DNA from: Veleropilina oligotropha
Taxonomy: Eukaryota
DNA length: 64,000 nt
Direction of reading: 5' to 3'
Assembly: GCA_048128005.1 (NCBI GenBank)
Contig: JBEUKZ010000084.1
Coordinates: forward strand, 124,001-188,000
Shown piece by piece: positions 45,857 through 58,296 of this stretch; within the stretch, counting starts at the first letter, position 1, and each line of letters opens with the position of its first letter. Under the pieces are notes generated by a model, which was not told the origin of the DNA, made no database searches, and worked only from the letters and a program-made list of their open reading frames with translations. The position numbers and the translations under genes are program-made.

Positions 45857-46665
45857 CAGCACTGTCAAAGCTTCAACGCCTACAAAACACAGCCGCTCGA
45901 ATAGTGACACGAACCAAAGTCCGCGATCATATTTTACCCGTTCTCGAACAACTTCATTGGCTACCAGTCTCGACAAGAATTAATTATAAAGTTTTGCTGA
46001 TTACTTATAAGACCATCAACGGATTGGCTCCAAGTTATCTCAAAGATCTACTAAAACACTACCAGCCATCTCGCTGTCTACGCTCCTCTCACCAGAATCA
46101 GCTCGACCTCCCACGTACGACTACGAAGACATACGGAAGTCGTCCGTTTTCGGTGTCGGCCCCGAAGTTATGGAATGAACTGCCGGCAAATATCAAACTT
46201 TCGGACACCATTGGCATCTTTAAATCACGTCTGAAGACCCACTTGTTCAGGTCCACTTATACATAAGATTCGAGATATTGTGCAGACATTTTATTATTTA
46301 TTTCTTTTAATTTCAATATTGTTTTATATGTGCATTGTTTCTATAAATATTTTAATTATTTTAACGTTATTATGCCATTTTACAAAAGGTAGTTTATTTT
46401 AATAGGTATAATATTTTATCTAGTCGTTTATTTACTGTGATTTGTTAGCTTAGATTTTAATGTAGTGGTTTATCTATAATTAGACATTATTATTATTGCT
46501 TAGATTTTAATGTATTGGTTTATTTTTAATTAGTAATTTATGTTATTACGTATTTGTAATATTTTATTTAGTCATTTAATTATCTTATTTGTTAGTTTAG
46601 ATTTAGTGTGTTATTTTGTAAAGAGCATTGAGACGTATCACTTGTGAAATGCGCTTTTAAGAAAC

Positions 46666-46694
<29 letters not shown>
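45857..46694 (+). mobile_element. 5'-truncated L2/CR1-group LINE 3' end
   Basis: HILPVLEQLHWLPV..RINYK..APSYL..FSVSAPKLWNELP..FKSRLKTHLF, then AAGAGCATTGAG and a (TTA)n tail. Confidence 0.85.
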
Positions 46695-46697
<3 letters not shown>

Positions 46698-47214
46698 CTC
46701 AAGACAGAATGAACCGATTTCATTTATATTTGGTGGATGGATACCTTTGGGAATACCTCCGACACCCGTTTATAATGGTGACCTTTACCTCATTTTCAAG
46801 CTCACAGTGTGCGCTTGACTACTTCGCTCATTCAATTATTGTTAGCGTGATATCTCAAGATATATAATAATGAACCAAATTCATTTATATTAGGTAGATA
46901 GATGTCTTGGGGATACCGCAGACCCCAGTCGATTATGGTGACCTTAACCTCATTTTCAAGGTCGCAGGGTGCACTTGAAGTAGTCATTCAATTGTTGTTA
47001 GCGTGATATCTCAATATATAATGAACTTCATTTGATATATATGTATTGGGGGATACCGCAGACCCCAATCCATTATGGCGACCTTGACCTAATATTATCA
47101 AGGTCACATGATGCACTTTACGTACTATTTCGCTCATTCAGTTGTTAGCATGATTACTCGAGACAGAATAGATTTAATTTTTATTTGGTGGAGATGCATC
47201 AATTGGGAAATACC

Positions 47215-47640
47215 TATGGTGGCTGGTCAGTTACATTTCGTTTCTTCGCCCCGAAACTTCGCCCCTACGGCGAAACTTAGCCCCGAAACTTCGCCCCTCA
47301 GTAACGAAGTTTAGTCAAAGATATCTTCGTTACTTCGCCTTCCGGTATCACACGTGTAGGCTAATGGTAATATCATAGAAGCATTTTGTTTTTTTTAAAA
47401 GCATAATTAAGTTGCCAGTTATTGTATTGCCTGGCCTACCACGTGTGATACCGGAAGGCGAAGTAACGAAGATATCATTGACTAAACTTCGTTACTGCGG
47501 GGCGAAGTTTCGCTCTAGAGGCGAAGTTTTGGGGCGAAGTTTCGCCCCAGAGGCGAAGTTTCGCCCTAGAGGCGAAGTTTTGGGGCGAAGTTTCGGGGCG
47601 AAGGAACGAAGCAACGAAATGTCACTAACCAACCACCATA
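47215..47640. mobile_element. Foldback MITE with CTTCGCCCC repeats and 6-bp TSD
   Basis: Termini TATGGTGG / CCACCATA, long imperfect inverted arms, AATACC duplicated at 47209-47214 and 47641-47646. Confidence 0.8.
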
Positions 47641-48692
47641 AATACCACCGATCCCAGTCGATTACGGTGACCATGACGTCATATGCAAGGTCACACAGTT
47701 TTTAGCGCGATATCTCAAAAAGTAATGAACTGATTTAATTTATATTTGGTGGATAGATGCATTGAGGGATACCGCTGACCCCAGGCGATTAGGATGACCT
47801 TGACCTTATTTTAAAGGTCACGGGATACAATTTACTTTTTCGCTCATTCGCTTGTTGTTAGCGCGATATTTCAAGAAAGAATGAACCGATTTCATTTATA
47901 TTTGGTTCATAGACCCCATTGCACCACATTTCTCCTGTCACAGGAGGCTCTTTACCGATAGGCCTACATTCATTTTGGCTTCATAGAAGCGCTCAATAGC
48001 TTAGGCGGGGGACTATTGCCACTTTAGTGACAAACACTTGTTTTGTCTCGTGTGGTGGTTTGCTTGTCAATGAATGGCGGTATTTGCTTAGCTGCGCTTT
48101 CAAGGTTTGTTACAGAGCAATGCCTATGAGATTTTCGCAACTAGTGAGCTCGATCTGTTGTTCTTGGTTTGATGAAGACAGTGTCCAAATATATTCTTGA
48201 TAAATGTCGTATATAAATTTCGCATGACAGCCGCCTTCGACGTCACAATCTAATCCGTAGAGGTGTGAATAATTAAAGCAATGAAAGCGCGTATAATCCA
48301 CTCGGCCACGGGGGAGGCCAGATAACTTGATTTAGTATACATTTTAAATAGCGTATTATCGCTGTTCACAATGACGCCCCCCCCCCCCCCATTCCCTGGT
48401 GCATGCGGGTAACATGGCAAATTTCAATGTTGATCATTGTTTGTCCGCATTCGGGCCTTGCTCAGTCTATTTATAGCACTGTATTAAAATTGTAAACAAC
48501 AATTTTGTAAAGTGTATACGATGACCCGTTCTCGAGATATCATAATTATCGGCAATGTTATATTCTTAGGCCATGCCCATCCGTTATCTCCGTTCAAGTG
48601 AAATATCACTATATACCACCTGCGAAACTATTTAATGATATGCGGCTTTGCATCACTCGAGAAATCGCGTTCGATTGTGGAGGAAGTTCAAC

Positions 48693-49604
48693 ATGTTGAA
48701 ATGGCAAGCTTGTTTCGTGTTCGTCAAGTTAGCACGGATTGTTAAAGTAAATCACATAACTAGCGGGTTAATAACAAGCGCATCACGCACACAAAATGTG
48801 GATCGTGACTTTCGAGTAAGCTATTTAAAAGACGCATTCGACGGTGTTGCAGTGTTTCATATGAATAGACCACACCGCAAAAATGCTTTGGGCGGAAATA
48901 TGGTCGAGGAGTTCGTCGAATGTCTTGAAGCGGTGAAGTACAATAATAATATCCGGACGCTGATTCTGAGGAGCGATGTTCCGGGTATATTTTGTGCTGG
49001 TGCTGATTTGAAACAAATGAAAAATAGTACTGGTAATACACCCGGTCGCTTGAATAAGAGGACCTTCAGCCTATCATGCGAAGAACTTGCCAATCTGCCT
49101 GTCCCAACGATCGCTGCTCTGGACGGCCACGCGATAGGGGGCGGAATGGAGCTCGCCTTGGCCTGCGATATGATCATAGGCGCGGCGGGTATAACCATGG
49201 GGCTAACTGAAACAACACTAGCCATGATCCCGGGAGCAGGGGGGACTCAGAAACTCTCACGGTTGGTTGGACCATCCATTGCCAAAGACTTGATTTCTAC
49301 TGGAAGAAAAATTACCTCAAACATTGCCCATGAACTAGGCATTCTGAACTACGTCGTGAAGCAAAATGAAACCGGCGATGCTGCATATCAACGAGCGCTC
49401 TCCTTGGCGAAAGAAATCATCCCAAACGGCCCAGTTGCGCTGCGAATGGCTAAAGCCGCTATAAATAAGGGATTAGACGTCCCGATTAGTGACGGTTTGG
49501 CTTATGAAGAACTTTGTTACATGCAGATTATGCCGACGAAAGATCGCCTCGAAGCTCTTGAGGCATTTAAAGAGAAAAGAAAACCAGTCTATAAAGGAGA
49601 ATAA
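48693..49604 (+). CDS. AUH: Intronless AUH-like crotonase, copy 2 (303 aa, more diverged)
   Basis: FCAGADLK, GGGMELALACD, GLTETTLAMIPGAGGTQ, PTKDRLEALEAFKEKRKPVYKGE. Confidence 0.8.
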   Translation: MLKWQACFVFVKLARIVKVNHITSGLITSASRTQNVDRDFRVSYLKDAFDGVAVFHMNRPHRKNALGGNMVEEFVECLEAVKYNNNIRTLILRSDVPGIFCAGADLKQMKNSTGNTPGRLNKRTFSLSCEELANLPVPTIAALDGHAIGGGMELALACDMIIGAAGITMGLTETTLAMIPGAGGTQKLSRLVGPSIAKDLISTGRKITSNIAHELGILNYVVKQNETGDAAYQRALSLAKEIIPNGPVALRMAKAAINKGLDVPISDGLAYEELCYMQIMPTKDRLEALEAFKEKRKPVYKGE

Positions 49605-52079
49605 AAGAACATTGATATTTTAAATTTGCTTTATTTATTTTCCAGATTATTATGTCTATGGCTTAAAATGAACTAAAGTCATGTTTTCCAAAACAGAGAT
49701 AAATGTATCGAATCTCTGTATAATATATACGTTTGGGCTAAAATATGTGAACTTCAAGCGCGTCATTTTCGGTAAATGTATGGTTTTGGTCTTGAACGTA
49801 AACTTGTTAAATATTGGCAAAAAAATACGTTTCAGATATGATCAAATGTTTTGTAAATTATAAAAGAGAGAGAATACAAAGTAAGACTGCATAGTTTTGG
49901 TGGAGTCTTTCACTAAAAATACAGTGCCTTCGGATAAATTTAACGTTATTCAATTCTTAGAGCCGTAATTTAGATGTAGGCTAATAAGTAATGCATCTTG
50001 ATATTCCTCATAAAATGGACATTTCTAGCAATTATCAGGTATATTCCATATATACCAGATGTATAGTTAGAGATGATCAATCGTAAAAGAGCATCTTGTG
50101 AATGCAGTGATAAAAGTATATTTCATAGGATCTTCATTCTTCTGAAGTCGCTAAGTGTCATACTGCACGAGACTATAGTAGTCCCAGGTAATACACGTGT
50201 CGCATTGTGAATTTATTGTTGCTGGGGTTTTCATAAAATATTGAAGATGAATTCGTATTGTCGTTGTATTGAATTTTTCTACAATATATCATGAATGAGT
50301 AAAACATATGTAATGCCCAAAGATAACTCATTCAACGATATAATTATCTCTATCTGCATTTTTGTGTGCCTCTCAATGCTATTGAGCGGCAAAACTTTTT
50401 GACCTACATCTAATATTTGCTTATTGGCCTATTTTTGGTTTCTATTTGCATTATCGTAGGACCAATGGAATTCTCGATAAAGAATAGTGGCAAATCCATA
50501 TTATTCATGATATAGTAGCTTCGCATTCATAACAAACAATTAAATGTTGATTTTACTTTACGTAGGGTACTTATTTACAAAAATTGAATAAATAATTGCA
50601 TTATCTTGAAACAAGAACTTCGTGTGTTCCACTGACAGTCATTAAACAAACAACAGCAAATATCATGCATGTAAATTCTATAAATACCACCAATCGCCAT
50701 GTGTCAATGCCTATCAGGTCAAAATATCTGAATTACAATATCAGGTCAAAATACCTGAATTACACATCGCCAACATGCAGTCGGTGTGATGAAAAATACA
50801 ACTGAAAATGTTCTATAACAAACCCACGTCAGTAGTCTAGGACTAGCGGTCAAGTTCAGAAGTTATTTCACGTAATCAAGGTAATGTTGCATTAAAATAG
50901 TAAACATCAGTGAAAGCTTACATCGACATGTGCCATAATTAAATCAATAACGACCAAGTCAATAGATGGCTACGTGCAGCACTGTCGACCTTCATATGAT
51001 TTTGTGCGTATAACAGTTCCTTGACGATATCACAATTTTAAAAAACGTCCAAGAAAATCTCCAGGCCAATACTTCTACGTTGATTGCTAGATAACATTAT
51101 CAGCAATCAATATATTGTGAGGTCAAGCACTGTGACATATCGTCCAGAGAGTGTGGTTAGGAAGATATGATAGGCATATCGTGGATTTTGTTGTTACCAT
51201 GTCGCGCACGATCATTGGCAGCTGACCAGATACTATTTATATAGACCTACTAGGCTACTAGTATTTTCAAAACGTAAATCTTATATACTCGATTCGAACC
51301 ACAAAGTCCACGATTTGTTGAGATAAATAAATATGCCGACTTGTGTTTACTACGATTTCTGTTTTGGGATCGTGTTTGAAAAGGCGGTACAATTTAATTA
51401 ATTCCCAAGACATTAAGACGACTCCTTGTGTTTAAATTATCGAATGAAATTTAAAGTGACATTGAATAATTATAGCATCCAGGTCACTTTTTGCGATATC
51501 TTACTATACCATAGTAGGCCTACTCTCCCGTGAGATGACGAACGACGACCGTGAATTAATTGGTTGCGATACAAAGAGCACTATATCGTTAACTCTGATC
51601 AATATGTTTGTTTACAGTGATAGACAATCTAACGCTAACACGAACATCTCCTACTCTACCATTCCATACATCATCTGATGATCTTAGTCAGTGACTTATT
51701 CAGGCTTATGCACCAGGGCCCGTGCTTACACATAATTTTAGGGTAAATTGCTATATTCATTTTTGTGGTGAAAATAATGGGAAAAATCCTCGCATTTGTT
51801 CTCTCAGAAAATTGTCAGAATTTTCCTCTGCAGAACCGTTGATAGTATATTTTCAACCATGGTACCTACACATGATTAGATGGCTGGATGCGCTCCTGTT
51901 AGTAAGATTTTGTCCTCTTATTTTGAAAACAAAATTAGTTATATTCGCCAAATCATGGATGCTGCCACGCCTCAACAACTGTGAGTTTCACTTTACAAAG
52001 TAATTTAAAACTTTCCGAAAAAAATCGTCACTAGCCGATCTATTCCAGTTACCGAACGCGCTAACCAGGTATGGCATCC

Positions 52080-53130
52080 AAGAAATGATACCTGCGATCT
52101 GTGAAATGTAAACAAGTCGCTTTTATGTGGAAAATTTCCATATTTGTACAAGGTTGCTATCGTAAGGCCATTACAAAAGAGAAAAAGTTTAGATTCAAAT
52201 TTGAGTAACTATCGGCAGGATTCAAATCTGCTGTTCATCTCGGAAGTCATCGAACACGTGATTGCAATACAATTTCACGAGTATTTGAAGGAAAACAAAT
52301 TGTATGATGCAGCTATATGTAGTCCGCTTATACGCGTCATCACTGCATCGAAACAGCGCTGCTACGAGTCCAAAATGATGTACTCAGAGTCCAAGATCAG
52401 CACCAGGATGCAATATTGGTTCTGTATCGGTAGCCTTTGATACCATCGACCATACCATCCTATACTGAAAAGGCTATAAGACTAGAGAGATATGGTATCA
52501 CTGGTTAGGTGCTTTTGTAGTTTCATTCTTAAAATCAAAAACAGTCTTTTGCCATCAAAGATATCGTCCGAAATATCGGTAATTTGTGGTGTCCCGCATG
52601 GGTCTCTGCTTGGACCAGTGCTGTTTAGTCTATACATATCACAACTGGAGGATGTGATATCATGTCATGGAATAAACTGTATGATGTTCGCCGATGACAG
52701 CCAACTATGCATGATATTGTATCCGGGCAGTATTCCGCTCCTAAAAGGATGTATAGACGAGGTAAAAGCCAAGACCATGCGGAACTTGATAAACTGAAGC
52801 TCAATGACGATAAGACATTATTTTATTCACGTCACGTTTCTCAAATTTCCAATAGACAGCCTCCTCGATCTGACACAGCAAAGGACCTGGAAGTTATCCT
52901 TGACAAAACTATGACCATAATATCACAAATTAATATAAATGTCTGTCGCAAAGCATCATTATCAATCCGGAATATGAATAAACTGAGGAAATATCTTGAT
53001 CAAAGTGCTACGGAACGACTGGTGCATACCTTTATCACATCTCGCATTAACTGTTGCAACTCAAATCCGCAGCGTCTCCAAAATACAGCAGGTCGAATTG
53101 TTACCAGAACCAAATCATTGAGCACATCCC
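52080..53130 (+). mobile_element. Degraded L2/CR1-type LINE RT fragment
   Basis: SNYR..SNL.FIS.VIE, GVPHGSLLGPVLFSLYI, FADDSQL, LKLNDDKT, LVHTFITSRI..CNS, LQNTAGRIV in shifting frames. Confidence 0.8.
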
Positions 53131-53263
53131 TCCTGCATAGTCGCCCGACTGTTGCTATACTCACGTCTAAGAACATTCGTCCCGCAGTCATTATGGTGAT
53201 GGATTGGTCTTTATCTGCGGTTGCTTGTACCACGACTGTACGTTGAACGTGGTCAGTGAACAC

Positions 53264-53446
53264 GGTAATCTGGTGGGCACAGGTGTGAATCCTGGTAATC
53301 TGGTGGGCACAGGTGTGAATCCTGGTAATCTGGTGGGCACAGGTGTGAATCCTGGTAATCTGGTGGGCACAGGTGTGAATCCTGGTAATCTGGTGGGCAC
53401 AGGTGTGAATCCTGGTAATCTGGTGGGCACAGGTGTGAATCCTGGT
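53264..53446. repeat. Perfect 30-bp minisatellite, 6 copies
   Basis: (GGTAATCTGGTGGGCACAGGTGTGAATCCT)x6. Confidence 0.95.
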
Positions 53447-53949
53447 TCTGGTCGTTGTGGAGCATGTTGATCACCACCCACTGGATACCATAGCCGTCCA
53501 ATACTAAATACATTGCTAGAGTATACCGGACTCGAGTAGTGACGCATGTGGGGGGGACTAGGGGGTTTTAGACTAAGTTAGGGGGGGCCCGGGGCGATCG
53601 GGGAGGCTCCCAGCCCTATTTCAGAACTGGGGGGCTCGTACTATATACCCCCAGGGAAGTTTAGACTAGTCCGGGGAGGGGGGTCCGGGTTCCCGGGGGG
53701 AGGCTCCCACCCCCCGTCTGATCAGGGCAGGGGTCGTTTTTTCGTTGGGGCGGAGGTTTTTTTGTCGGCCGGGGGTAGGGCAGTTTAGAATAGTCTATTT
53801 GGGCAACGGCGGCCACCCCCACGCCCGTTTGAACCGAGCTGGTAGTAAGAGCCCGTAGGGACTTGGGCCCGTTACCCTCGCCGGCCGTGATACATTAGTG
53901 TCATACTCACTATTAGAGACTGGTATATGCGATGCTATACACGATAACC

Positions 53950-54234
53950 ATGATGAATGTATGCCCTTGGTTGAGAGTTACGACCTTTGGGGTTTGTGGA
54001 AGCAGCTGCGTCAACGAATTTTGCAAGGCCCATAGACGGCAAATTCGGATGGGTATAACACCACCCCCGCCTTGTAAGAGCTGTGGTATCGGCACGAAAT
54101 CGGCCGTTCTGCTGTGTAGACCGTGTGGAGGTCATCGTGCCGCCCAGGCTCTCATAAACACTAAAAACAGAGCCCGCCGTCTCTACTGCAAAGTATTGTG
54201 CGAGTTGCGGTCGCGCAAAAAAATTTCCAATTAG
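53950..54234 (+). CDS. Small Cys-rich (putative Zn-binding) viral protein
   Basis: C-x10-C-x3-C-x4-C-x2-H plus two CxxC pairs; first gene after the terminus. Confidence 0.55.
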   Translation: MMNVCPWLRVTTFGVCGSSCVNEFCKAHRRQIRMGITPPPPCKSCGIGTKSAVLLCRPCGGHRAAQALINTKNRARRLYCKVLCELRSRKKISN

Positions 54235-54261
54235 AGCCTGGTGTCGCAGTATCATGTCGAG

Positions 54262-57200
54262 ATGGTACGTGTCTCCCTCAGAGAACTACGCAATCTAGCG
54301 AAAGATTACGGGCTTCCCGATCGGTCGAAGCTCAAGAGAAATGACCTCATCAGGGCAATCGCCGGGGTCCGTGCTGCCGAGTTTCGGAGGAGACTCGAGC
54401 GGGCGATGAAGACGGGAAGATTCCCCTCCATCCGTGGAGATGTGGAGAACCCCCACAAAAGAGGCCGTCGTGCTCGCGAATTGCGGCAGCTTAAGGACGA
54501 GGTCGAGGTGGCCCTCAAGGTCCGTAAATACGAAACCCAGGCTGAGAAAAAGCCCGGGATACGACAGAAGCCACTTCGTAACATCACGGATCGAATCGTC
54601 AAGCCACACCTGCACGGTCTGACTCGGTCTCGGAAAGCGACCCTTGCAGGGGTTATTGTTCGGAAGGGCCCCCCCCCGGGGATCTTCTGAGAGATCACCT
54701 AGCCTCGGATGAGTATTATTCCCTTCTCGTTGACGGTGTCGCAGTCCTGTTCCCCGATGGGGCTTATATTAAGACGGGCGCCGACGTCGTCCGTAAAGAG
54801 ATTACCGAGGCTGTTGATGGTCGTAGATTCGACTTCCAGGCTGTTGTAAGGGGGCCAGACATCACAGACGAAGACGCGGTGTATTGGGTATCGTGCGAAA
54901 AGAGGGATCTTCGGGTGACGCTGGGCATGGCCTCGGAGGTGTTGGAGCTTCTAGACCCCGACACCCAGTACAAGTTGTTCACGGTAGTTGGGAAATCGGC
55001 CAAGGAGCCTCTTGCCCAAGTGACTGAGGAAGTGGGTGTCTCTGAGCAGCGCATTAAGGGGCAGGGGGTGGTTCGCGGAGACCAGGTCAGCGCCGCGGCT
55101 CTTCACGGCATCGACCAGCAGGCGTGGGAGAAGGGGCGAGAATATCTCGTTTATGTTAGGTACGAGCTTCGTCCACTGCCGGAGCAGCAAGGAGAACCGG
55201 GGCCAATGCTGGCCCCCCTCAAGAAGACGGCGAGCTTGTGAACTGCTTCGTCCGCTGTGTGGTGGACCACTTCCGGAACGGAATGACGAAAGCTGGGGAT
55301 GGGTTAACCTGGAGCCGCAGACAAGTTCTTGAGGTGTTCGACCGAAAGCTTGCAGACCGGGGCTGCACACGCGAGGATATGTTCTCCCTTGAAGCGGCTC
55401 TCAAAGTCAAGCTTGTTGCCGTCGACGCGTTAGGCAACACTCTATGGGATAGCGGCAAACACAAGAGCCGTCCCAAGATTCGGGTGCCGTGCCATAACAA
55501 CCACGCATGGGCAAGCATCCCGATCGATCCGCCCAAGATCGTACAGGTTTACAGTCTCGACGACATCGCAGAACAGGCCCTTACGTCTGCGGCCCAGAAG
55601 ACCACTGCGGCCCCAAAGACCACTGCGGCCCAGAAGACCATGGACCAAATTACCAGAGAGGTTCTGATCGCATTTGCCACCAGGGCCATCCCATCGGTAT
55701 GTGGACAGGCTCTCATTGGTAGCGATGGTTCCCTGTGGAGGTCGTGGGCTGAGGGTATGGCTATTGACCGCGCTTTCGAGGACGAGACGCACTGGCATCC
55801 TTCCGAGATCCCCGAAGAGCTTGAGAAGCTTGCAGAGGAATACCACCGAGCTTCCCACTCCATGGGTGGCGCCACGTCTTACCGGTTCCAAAAGTGGTTG
55901 GCCCATGAGGAGATCAAGCCAACGCCAGAAAACCACCGGGACACCTGGAGAGCGGCTCAGGTTGAGGCCAAGGTCTGGAATTCTGCCGACGAGGCCGCAG
56001 GAACCAGTGTTCATCATCATCTCGACATGCGCGCAGCATACCTTGGCTGCGAAGACTCCCTCTGTGGCGGGGTCGGAGAGGCCATAGATCTGGTGCGCCA
56101 GTATGGGTTCCTGACGAGTATGATGCGTCGAGCGAACGTCGAGGGTGTGCCCATGAGCGACGTCCTCGCCCTGACAGGAGCGGTGCAGCTCGCTGCGTGG
56201 CAATTCGGCTCAGAGACGCACCCCTATACCGTAGGTCGCGTAGGCGAGCACTTACGGGAGAAGCAGGGCTGGATCACTACCCCCGAGCTTGCAGACTTAA
56301 TTGACTCTGGTGATCTGGTGGAGGTCAGGGCGCGCGAGGTGGTATACAGCGTCGGCACGAAGGCCGCTATCAAGTTCCCCGCTAGGGACCTGGCCGTGCG
56401 CTTCGTTGGCAAGTGTGCACGCCATGGTGATGAGTCGAGCATCCTAGTCCGCGATCCAAACAAGGCCGCCTACTTGGTCAATGTTCTCGGCGGCACTGAC
56501 CGTCTCCTGAACTTCGAGAAGGCCGGCAATGTCCACCTCATTCAGTACAAGGACGGAAGATGGCAGACGCAGTGGTTTCATATCCGCGCCTTCGTACTCG
56601 CCTACACGAACATCGCCCTCCGCCGCATGCTACGCAGATTCCCACGAGAGGATGTCCTTCGTGTCTGCACCGATGCCATATACGTCAAGAGCCTGCCCGA
56701 ATCGGTCGAACAATATGCTGGTCCCAGACCAGCCTAGGTATGGGCAATGGCGACATAAATCCCCGGGTTATGAGTGGCGCCCAGAGGCTGCTGCTTGGAC
56801 GATAGAGCATGTTGGTCGTCTCGACTTGCCCCCCCCCCCCCCCGGGTGGGGTGAACGCCCCTCCGTTCCCTTCCGATGTCGGCGCGGCCACCTCGCGACG
56901 TTTATACCTCGCAAGTCAAGGCGGCAGTGGAAAAACCGAGTGGGCCATCCAGACGTTTTGTGGTCGGAAGCTGGTCGTGCTCACCCCTGAGAACGACATC
57001 GCCCAAGAACACTGCAACAACCCGGGACTTGGTCTAGAGAATGCACAGGTCCAGACGATCCACCACTACTTAAGTCTACCCATCGGCAAGCCGATCGAGG
57101 ATTGGGACCCGGCCGCCCTGGGACACCGACTCGATAACCTAGCCGAGGTTATCGTCATTGACGAATGTTGCAAGGTCCCCACGAAGACCCTGATGACCGT

Positions 57201-58296
57201 CCTCGATTATCTCGCCCGTAGGACGTGTCAAATCATCTGCGTCGGGGATATGGGGCAGATCCCGCCATGGGGCGATAAAGAAGGCCCTCACCACATGTTA
57301 GCAGACTGGGCCTCGTCCCCCCAGAACCTGCGGTGGTTTGACACCGACTATAGGTGCCTGTGTGAGGCGTGTGGCGAGCCGTGGTCCTGCTGTCGCTGTC
57401 AACATGGGCCAACATCGGCGTTGCACGATGTGAAGGCGCGGATGTGGTGCGCCAATGACCAGCAACAGCTCCACGTCTTCAGAGATAAGTTGGCCGCAAC
57501 GCCGTTCGTAGAAGCTGTAGAGCGCACCAAGCCCGATGACATCTGGATCTGCTCCACGAACGCTCTAGGCGCGCAGGTCCAGACCCAGCTGCTCCGGCAG
57601 CACAGAAGGACACACCCCCGGCTGCCTGCTAATATCCGATTCGACCCAGACGATAGCATCTCGCACCGGTACCGCAAGCAGGGTCGGCCTATCTTGATAC
57701 CGGGTAGTCGAGAAACCGTGCCGGACTATCGAGGGACCATCGTCAAGGTCCCCCTTGGACTAGTCGAGAACGGGCTACCGCTTGAGTGGAAATATGCGGG
57801 GTGGGGGACGGTGCATAGGGTGCAAGGGAAGACCATCCAACCACCCAGGCGCCTATACATCGTCGACCACGGTCTGAGGGGCTGGGTGAGCAACGCCGTG
57901 TACAAAGCAGTGAGCCGGGCCCGGTTGATGGATCAGATTGTACAGGTCCTGCCGCCTGACGATGCTCCGGGTGATATAGTTCCCACCGATCAGCAGGCCA
58001 CACCTTCGCGAGAGCTCATCGCCGCAAGGCTCAAGCGCTACGTGGTTGAGGATCGTCAAAAGAGACGGCCCCTCTACACTGGAGCATGCCATACGCTCAC
58101 CGTCAACCACGTGCTCGACATGATTGATGCTGCAGAAAAGAAGTGTGTGGTCTGCCACCGTACTCTCCTTCTTCAGGGCTACACGAAGTGCCATGGGCAG
58201 ACGTTCAGTATCGACCGCCTGGATGACCGTCAGGGTCACTACAAGTGGAACGTCCGGGTGACATGCCTGTCCTGTAATCGTGGACACAAGCACTAG
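54262..58296 (+). CDS. Reconstructed HEH + degenerate family-B polymerase + SF1 (Pif1/RecD-like) helicase + HNH fusion (~1345 aa, 4 frameshifts)
   Basis: Joins ORFs 54241, 54879, 55238, 56529 (part) and 56809; LRELRNLAK..KLKRNDLI; LDMRAAYL, VCTDAIY, YGQWRHK; GGSGKT, VIVIDE, VGDMGQIPP, TVHRVQGKT, YKAVSRAR; CVVC..SIDRLD..GH..NV..CLSCN. Confidence 0.72.

Larger units (their letters stand above)
45781..48042 (+). mobile_element. Helentron-associated (HINE-like) element with tandem units, carrying a LINE fragment and a MITE
   Basis: 5' TTTAGTCCCC..GGGGACT plus GTCC tract; repeats GATATCTCAAGA..TGAACCGATTTCATTTATATTTGG..GTGACCTTGACC; 3' GGGGGACTA..CACTTGTT. Confidence 0.68.

Noticed and set aside
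53191..53547. Repeat proteins (PGFTPVPTRL)n or (DYQDSHLCPP)n
   Set aside because: A 30-bp unit without stops in several frames gives such ORFs automatically; no support for a gene.
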